Source of the DNA: Pseudobacteriovorax sp.
Lineage (GTDB): Bacteria > Bdellovibrionota_B > Oligoflexia > Oligoflexales > Oligoflexaceae
NCBI GenBank assembly: GCA_050293845.1
Contig: JBNKNM010000082.1
Span: 1-21,701 of the forward strand
Direction of reading: 5' to 3'
Length of the DNA stretch: 21,701 nt
In this document: positions 16,512-21,701 of the stretch, piece after piece
Layout of the letters: the number at the start of each line of letters is the position of its first letter
Position numbering within the stretch: the first letter of the stretch is position 1
Translations under genes and position numbers: made by a program
Notes under the pieces: generated by a model
What the model was told of the DNA's origin: nothing
The model's database searches: none
Seen by the model: the letters and a program-made list of their open reading frames with translations, nothing else

Positions 16512-18370
16512 TACATTCCTTGACGATAGCGCATTTGAATGCTTTTTTGGGCATCTTTGATAACCGCAAAAGCATCGCGCAATCGTCTACGATCAAGCTT
16601 TGAAAGATTATCCGGATCGATGTAGTTATTGGGTGCTAAAGACTGTGTCAGTTCTTTTACCTGCTCTCGCAATCTGATTTGAATGATGATTTTTAAAGCA
16701 TCTTGTAAGTTTCGACTTTCATTGATAGTCAATACTTTTTTGTTAGCTAGCTCCTTTAGACGATCGATAGTGTTAACATAACGAACTTTTGCGGCTAAGC
16801 AATGTATGCGGGTGGTTTCAATAATGGGTAATATACCCCGCTTTTTTAAATCAAGTTCATGTGCGTGTTCGCCGTTGTGTTCGACGACGAATTGACGGAA
16901 GATTCCCAGTGGTGGTTTATGCTCGAGAGCATTTTCGGTCAATGCTGCTAAAAAAATTGTATTTTCACAAGCAGTATTCAGCATATGTTGCTGCAAGCTA
17001 TCGCCAATAGATTTACTGCCATAAATAACGCGAATGTCAAAAAAAATACTTACAAGCATACTAGCTTTGGGGGTGGGAGCGTGCACCCACGTTAGTACTG
17101 TATTCTTCCACGCGGATAAAGTTTGTCGCCATTGTTTATTTGTGGCCATCACATCGCCAGGGCAATATACCCAGCCACACGCGTTTAAGCCGTCGCATAC
17201 CCAATGAGATAAGCGCTCGAACCATTGAGCCTGACCCTCTGAAAGGCTGTCATCGATAACTAAAGCATTATCTTGGTCGCCGCCAAGTAATTGCTCGGCA
17301 CGGCCCTGGGAACCAAAGCCCAGCCATGAAAACGCCACAGGAGCATCACCATGTTCATCAATAAAAATCTCGATTAAACGAACAGTTACTGCATCGCTAA
17401 TGGCTGTAAATAAATGGGCGATTTGCGTAGCCCGCATGCCTGCATGTGTCCATTGAATCATGAGGTCTGGAAGTTGAGAGATTGTTTTTGTTATTCCAGA
17501 TAATGTCGTTTGACGGCCGATATAGTGCACCAGATATACGGGATCGTTTCTACGTGCAAGCATCAGGTCCGAAGAGGTAATAAAGCCGACAACTTTCTGG
17601 GAATCAGTGACAGGGAGATGATGAATGCCATGGCGAGTCATAAAAAGGGTTGCATCAAAAAGTGTATACTCGGGAGAAATACATAGAGGGCTGGACGTAG
17701 AAATAACTTCTACGGGAGATGAGTAGGACAATTTCTGGGTAATGGCGCGTGAGCGTAAATCGCGATCAGTGACAATGCCACACAATTTGTTGTTTTCAAT
17801 TATCATAACCGACGAAACACGATGTTCCGTCATCAGTTGGGCTGCTTCTTGAATGCTATGCTTTGACGTGACGCTGATAATATTCGTGCTCATAATATCT
17901 TTGATCAAGATCATCATTTCCTTTTGATCTTGAGTTGTTAGCGTAGCCCGTCTCAGTCGTCTGTTCTTTTGGCTATTAAAAAATCGGTCAAAGCCGCGGT
18001 GTTTTTTTCGTAGCTCTTGGTAGGTATCTTCGGGTAGCAAATAAATCAGGGAGTCTTCGATTAAGGTTGCTGTAATTTCGGAGTGTTCACGGCGTAACGC
18101 AAATAGGTTAAAGCAATCATAATCACCAATCCGGTCAATTAAATCGCCTTGCTTGTTTCGCAATTCAGCTGCTCCACTGCGAAGAACTTTTAATCCACCA
18201 TCGTCGACCGAGGAATGAAATTGGTGGCCAGACCGGTAATACTCTACTTCCACCTCCCTTACAACAGCGTCTAATTGCTTGGGGTGAAGCTGGTCAAAAG
18301 GAATGCATTCACTAATGAATTGTTTAATGGTGTCAAGTTCCGGGTTTGATGCTAAATGGTGATTTTTCAT
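16511..18370 (-). CDS. cNMP-binding + 2xCBS + DUF294 nucleotidyltransferase-domain protein (COG2905 type)
   Basis: N-terminal cNMP-like domain; CBS GIVTDRDLR and HHLPV; NTase GSQGRAEQ..DQDN; C-terminal IFFDIR and DLKKRGI. Confidence 0.95.
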   Translation of the reverse strand: MKNHHLASNPELDTIKQFISECIPFDQLHPKQLDAVVREVEVEYYRSGHQFHSSVDDGGLKVLRSGAAELRNKQGDLIDRIGDYDCFNLFALRREHSEITATLIEDSLIYLLPEDTYQELRKKHRGFDRFFNSQKNRRLRRATLTTQDQKEMMILIKDIMSTNIISVTSKHSIQEAAQLMTEHRVSSVMIIENNKLCGIVTDRDLRSRAITQKLSYSSPVEVISTSSPLCISPEYTLFDATLFMTRHGIHHLPVTDSQKVVGFITSSDLMLARRNDPVYLVHYIGRQTTLSGITKTISQLPDLMIQWTHAGMRATQIAHLFTAISDAVTVRLIEIFIDEHGDAPVAFSWLGFGSQGRAEQLLGGDQDNALVIDDSLSEGQAQWFERLSHWVCDGLNACGWVYCPGDVMATNKQWRQTLSAWKNTVLTWVHAPTPKASMLVSIFFDIRVIYGSKSIGDSLQQHMLNTACENTIFLAALTENALEHKPPLGIFRQFVVEHNGEHAHELDLKKRGILPIIETTRIHCLAAKVRYVNTIDRLKELANKKVLTINESRNLQDALKIIIQIRLREQVKELTQSLAPNNYIDPDNLSKLDRRRLRDAFAVIKDAQKSIQMRYRQGM

Positions 18371-18607
18371 ATTTTTGGCTCTTGTGCGACTATCTAGTGA
18401 AGATAAGAAGGAACCTTATGGTTCATGAGACTTATATAGTATTACCTCATTCGGTTGAAAATGGTAGGCTAACCTAACATAATATCATCGGTTTATGCAC
18501 CAATGCCAGTTCTTATGAAATTGACAATGTTCCTATGGTTGATGGACAGAATTACCCGGAAGATAGATCTGAATAACCATTGGTTTATTTTCTAGGCATC
18601 TTAAAGA

Positions 18608-18877
18608 TTATATTGCGGCCAGAAAGGATGTTACATTTTTATGTCCTTTTCCAAAGTCAACTAACGTTAATTTATAACTTGGTTTACTGCTGATCGTGAC
18701 CTTAATTTAATTACTCTAGGCATTCGACAAGTTTACATCTAAGGTTTCGCCGAAACTTTCCCAACTCACCGGCATTTTTGCTACAATTGAATCGTTCTCC
18801 TTATTAGATTCTTTAACTGTTGCCTTCAACGGATTTAATGCCTGTAGGCACTTTTCAAAAATCTCGTCATGGCTCAT
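18608..18877 (-). pseudogene. Remnant of a conserved hypothetical protein with two in-frame stops
   Basis: One frame reads MSHDEIFEKCLQAL...IVAKMPVSWESFGETLDVNLSNA*SN*IKVTISSKPSYKLTLVDFGKGHKNVTSFLAAI*; stops at 18718-18716 and 18709-18707. Confidence 0.65.
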
Positions 18878-18973
18878 GTAGTTTTTTAAATAATGATATC
18901 ACTGCTTTTTATTCTATCAAAGAATGTAAACACAAATTTTTTACAAATTGGCATATTCAAAATCAAAGTGGAG

Positions 18974-19023
18974 AAAGAAAAGCTTTAAAGTAAAGATAAA
19001 AGAAAAGCTTTAAAGTAAAGATA
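18974..19023. repeat. Perfect 25-bp tandem duplication AAAGAAAAGCTTTAAAGTAAAGATA x2
   Basis: Units 18974-18998 and 18999-19023 are identical. Confidence 0.95.
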
Positions 19024-19122
19024 ATGTCATTTTGGTATCTTGGTGTTTCAGGAATTAATACTTTCTGGCTTTACTTCTCTAAGACGTCCAGCAATTAGTG
19101 TAAATACCTGGTCAGCTGCGTA

Positions 19123-19203
19123 CTAGCGGGTGTTTTTAGCAATAAAAAAGGTCCTAAGTCTGATCGCGAAGACAAGCTCAAGCGAGAAATAGAGAGGCTC
19201 AAA
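19123..19203 (+). mobile_element. Possible fragment of an IS3-family transposase OrfA
   Basis: LAGVFSNKKGPKSDREDKLKREIERLK resembles the linker and start of the OrfA leucine zipper; no start codon, OrfB or terminal repeats found. Confidence 0.35.
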
Positions 19204-19993
19204 TGCAGCTTGAGACCAGTGAGAGAGCAGAAACTATCATCAATAGCCAAAAAACGTATCGGAAATGCTCCCCTCCCAATAGGCGCAAGAAAAAATAGCT
19301 TGCGATGGGTTATTTTAATTTTGAATTTAGGATGCCTTTTCTTGTAGATTCTAGGGTGGAAAATTACTGATTTCTACACAATAAGAAAAACGAGGGTTTT
19401 TCTGATGCATACTGGGGACTACATGGATGAAGTTCAAAGTACAAATAGTATAGCCTCTGATTGTTCTTCACGAATTCCATGGCATTAATCCTCAGAATTA
19501 TCTATCTGATTATTGACCCCCGATTGCCAATGGTCATTCGATGTCTTTACTGACTCGCTGCTCCCCAGGAATTGGATGGTTGACTCTAAGTGCCTTAGGG
19601 CCTTTGGTATTTTGCGTTTATAATAACTAAAATTAAAGATAATAATGCTGACAAACAAGCAGACAAAAAAGAGTTGCAACTTAGTCTGAAAAGATGAATC
19701 GGAATGTTTGAAGGAAATTAAGTGTATGTCTAATAGACTAGTTATCTCAATATCTGAGCCCTGATATTGGTCTATCTATCAATCGTATAGTCTCACATTT
19801 ATCTGTAAGATATTAAATAAAAGCCAATAGAAGCATGCAATAATCCTTGCACAAACTCGTTCTATTTTTGTAGATAAGTAGCTAGGTTGTAGCTATAGCA
19901 CATAGATCTTGAATCCCAAATTCACGCATGATACCAATATTAGAATTGCTAGAGTTTGAAATTAAGGGAAAAATAGATCAATGAATAGAAAAA

Positions 19994-20128
19994 TCTCGAA
20001 GACTCTAAGCTGACTGTAGGTGGTCTCACTCTACTTTGTGCCACAATCGGGCCTGAATAGTAGTCGGTATCCCAAGAAAGGAATGAACAAATGTAGAGTG
20101 AACCACGAAAATAGTTAAGAGTTTGGGA
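19994..20128 (+). ncRNA. Long rod-like inverted repeat; candidate structured RNA or MITE-like element
   Basis: 20020-20039 pairs with 20087-20106 (19 Watson-Crick pairs, two 1-nt bulges); further outer helices use G-U pairs on the + strand. Confidence 0.45.
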
Positions 20129-20202
20129 CAAAACTGTTAGAAGCAAACTATTGTCCATTTTTGTAAAACATGACTCCGGTTAGATTCCGAATAGGAGTAA
20201 TT

Positions 20203-21701
20203 ATGATTGGGTTCCGAACTTTAGGTGTTATATTAGTGCTGACTCTGACGGTTTCCTACCCGATGGCTTCTGCAAACGACCAGCACATACCGTTAAAAGA
20301 CTTTTTTAAAAACCCAGAAAAAGCTAGCATTCAAATTTCTCCGGATGGTAAGCATCTTTCCTACCGCAAATCATGGAATGGGAGGATGAATATCTATGTT
20401 CAGTCATTGCAAGACCAAAAAGAAAAACGCATCACCTCGGTAAAAAATCGCGATATTCCAGGTTCTGGATGGATTAATAATACCCAGATTATTTTTGTAC
20501 AAGATAAAGGTGGAGACGAAAACTTTCATATTCATGTAACGGATATTGTTACTGGAAAATCTAAAGATCTCACCCCTTTCGATGACGTCAAAGCTGAGAT
20601 TGTCGATGTTCTTCCCGATAATGATGACGAAATTCTTGTTGGTCTCAATAAGCGCAATAAAGCGATCTTTGACGTTTATCGTCTAACTCTTAAGTCTGGT
20701 AAGCTGGAAATGGTAGCCGAAAATCCAGGTAACATCTCAGCATGGCTTGCTGATCATAACGGTAAAATTAGGGTTGCAACCACAACAGATGGAGTCAATA
20801 CCAGTCTACTCTATAGAGATAAAGAATCCGACAAATTTGAAACGCTTCTGACTACTAATTTTAAAGAATCAATACTTCCTCTTTTTTTTACATTTGATAA
20901 TAAAAATCTTTATGCTGTCTCAAATATTGGTAGAGACAAAACAGCGGCAGTTCTCTTTGACATTAAGGCAAAAAAAGAAGCAAAAGTTATCTTTGAGCAT
21001 CCCGAAGTGGACACTGCTTCAATGTCTTATTCTCGTAAAAGAAAGGTTTTGATCGACGCAACCTATACAACTTGGAAAACGCAGAGACACTATTTCGACA
21101 AGACAAGCGAAGCGATTATAGCAGATCTTAAGAAGCAAACTAAAGCAGTTGATATCGCTATTAGCAATTATAGTAAAGATGAAAGTAAGCTTATTGCAGT
21201 TAGCTACTCGGATAAGGATCGAGGAACCTACTATCTCTACGATGTAAAAACAAAAGAACTCAGGAACTTAGGCTCGGTATCACCTTGGCTTGACCCTTCA
21301 AAGTTGGCGAGTATGAAGCCAATTTCCTTTAATTCACGTGATGGATTAAAAATTAACGGATATCTAACGCTTCCTAATGGAGTTGATGCTAAGAATCTAC
21401 CCATAGTAGTTAATCCACATGGCGGACCATGGGCGCGGGACGAATGGCGATTTAATCCTGAAGTTCAATTTCTTGCTAATCGTGGTTACGGTGTGTTGCA
21501 ACTAAACTTTCGCAGTTCGACAGGTTACGGACGTGAATTTCTGGAAAAAGGCTACAAGCAGTGGGGTAGGGCGATGCAGGATGATATCACAGATGGAGTT
21601 CAGTGGTTGATTAAGGAAGGCGTTGCTGACAAGGATCGAGTATGTATTTATGGTGCTTCTTATGGAGGTTATGCAACTCTTTCAGGAATTACATTGACTC
21701 C
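20203..21701 (+). CDS. S9 family peptidase (prolyl oligopeptidase / acylaminoacyl peptidase type), partial (runs off right edge)
   Basis: AGGAG RBS, ATG 20203, signal peptide, IPLKDFFKNP..ISPDG propeller start, PHGGPW, FLANRGY, WGRAMQDD, catalytic GASYGG (Ser at 21658-21660). Absent from the ORF track. Confidence 0.95.
   Translation, partial: MIGFRTLGVILVLTLTVSYPMASANDQHIPLKDFFKNPEKASIQISPDGKHLSYRKSWNGRMNIYVQSLQDQKEKRITSVKNRDIPGSGWINNTQIIFVQDKGGDENFHIHVTDIVTGKSKDLTPFDDVKAEIVDVLPDNDDEILVGLNKRNKAIFDVYRLTLKSGKLEMVAENPGNISAWLADHNGKIRVATTTDGVNTSLLYRDKESDKFETLLTTNFKESILPLFFTFDNKNLYAVSNIGRDKTAAVLFDIKAKKEAKVIFEHPEVDTASMSYSRKRKVLIDATYTTWKTQRHYFDKTSEAIIADLKKQTKAVDIAISNYSKDESKLIAVSYSDKDRGTYYLYDVKTKELRNLGSVSPWLDPSKLASMKPISFNSRDGLKINGYLTLPNGVDAKNLPIVVNPHGGPWARDEWRFNPEVQFLANRGYGVLQLNFRSSTGYGREFLEKGYKQWGRAMQDDITDGVQWLIKEGVADKDRVCIYGASYGGYATLSGITLT

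Noticed and set aside
4284..16560. Short track ORFs 4284-4508, 4794-5129, 5983-6222, 6866-7123, 8193-8444, 9679-9882, 10366-10554, 11721-11948, 13263-13445, 14749-14982, 15008-15217, 15012-15248 and 16351-16560
   Set aside because: Antisense or alternate-frame overlaps of better-supported genes or elements; no recognisable motifs.
15822..18370. NTase + nuclease pair as an anti-phage (CBASS-like) system
   Set aside because: The architecture is cNMP-CBS-DUF294 (GlnD/GlnE-like), not CD-NTase, and no effector or defence genes are nearby.
18974..19023. 25-bp repeat as a CRISPR array
   Set aside because: Only two abutting units, with no spacers and no cas genes.
19994..20128. Long hairpin as retron msr/msd or SRP RNA
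   Set aside because: No reverse transcriptase in the window and no SRP domain IV motif.
19949..20158. 69-aa minus-strand ORF
   Set aside because: No motif or clear RBS; it overlies the long inverted repeat, which explains the region better.

Overview
AT-rich bacterial chromosomal segment. Its gene mix (AgmX/PglI-domain lipoprotein, myxobacterial-style TonB receptor plus lipoprotein, OmpL47-type repeat protein, divergent TrmB-like methyltransferase) suggests Bdellovibrionota/Oligoflexia; this is inference. It holds about 19 genes. Two edge-truncated genes are missing from the ORF track: a membrane sensor histidine kinase (<1..1272, -) and an S9 peptidase (20203..>21701, +). The most interesting locus is a two-gene minus-strand operon at 9534..12554. 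Its first gene is split by a 1-nt frameshift in a 6-nt homopolymer. Repaired, it is a 782-aa fusion of a YceI-type lipid/polyisoprenoid-binding domain and a CrtU/CruH-like FAD desaturase with an inserted Rieske [2Fe-2S] domain. The second gene encodes an acetoacetate-decarboxylase-fold protein resembling NXD1. The operon has a perfect TATAAT and a 16-bp palindromic candidate operator. Also present are a cNMP-CBS-DUF294 nucleotidyltransferase/DEDDh exonuclease pair, three candidate structured RNAs, and a 1.8-kb decayed region with gene remnants and a 25-bp tandem duplication. No tRNA, rRNA, CRISPR array or intact mobile element was seen.
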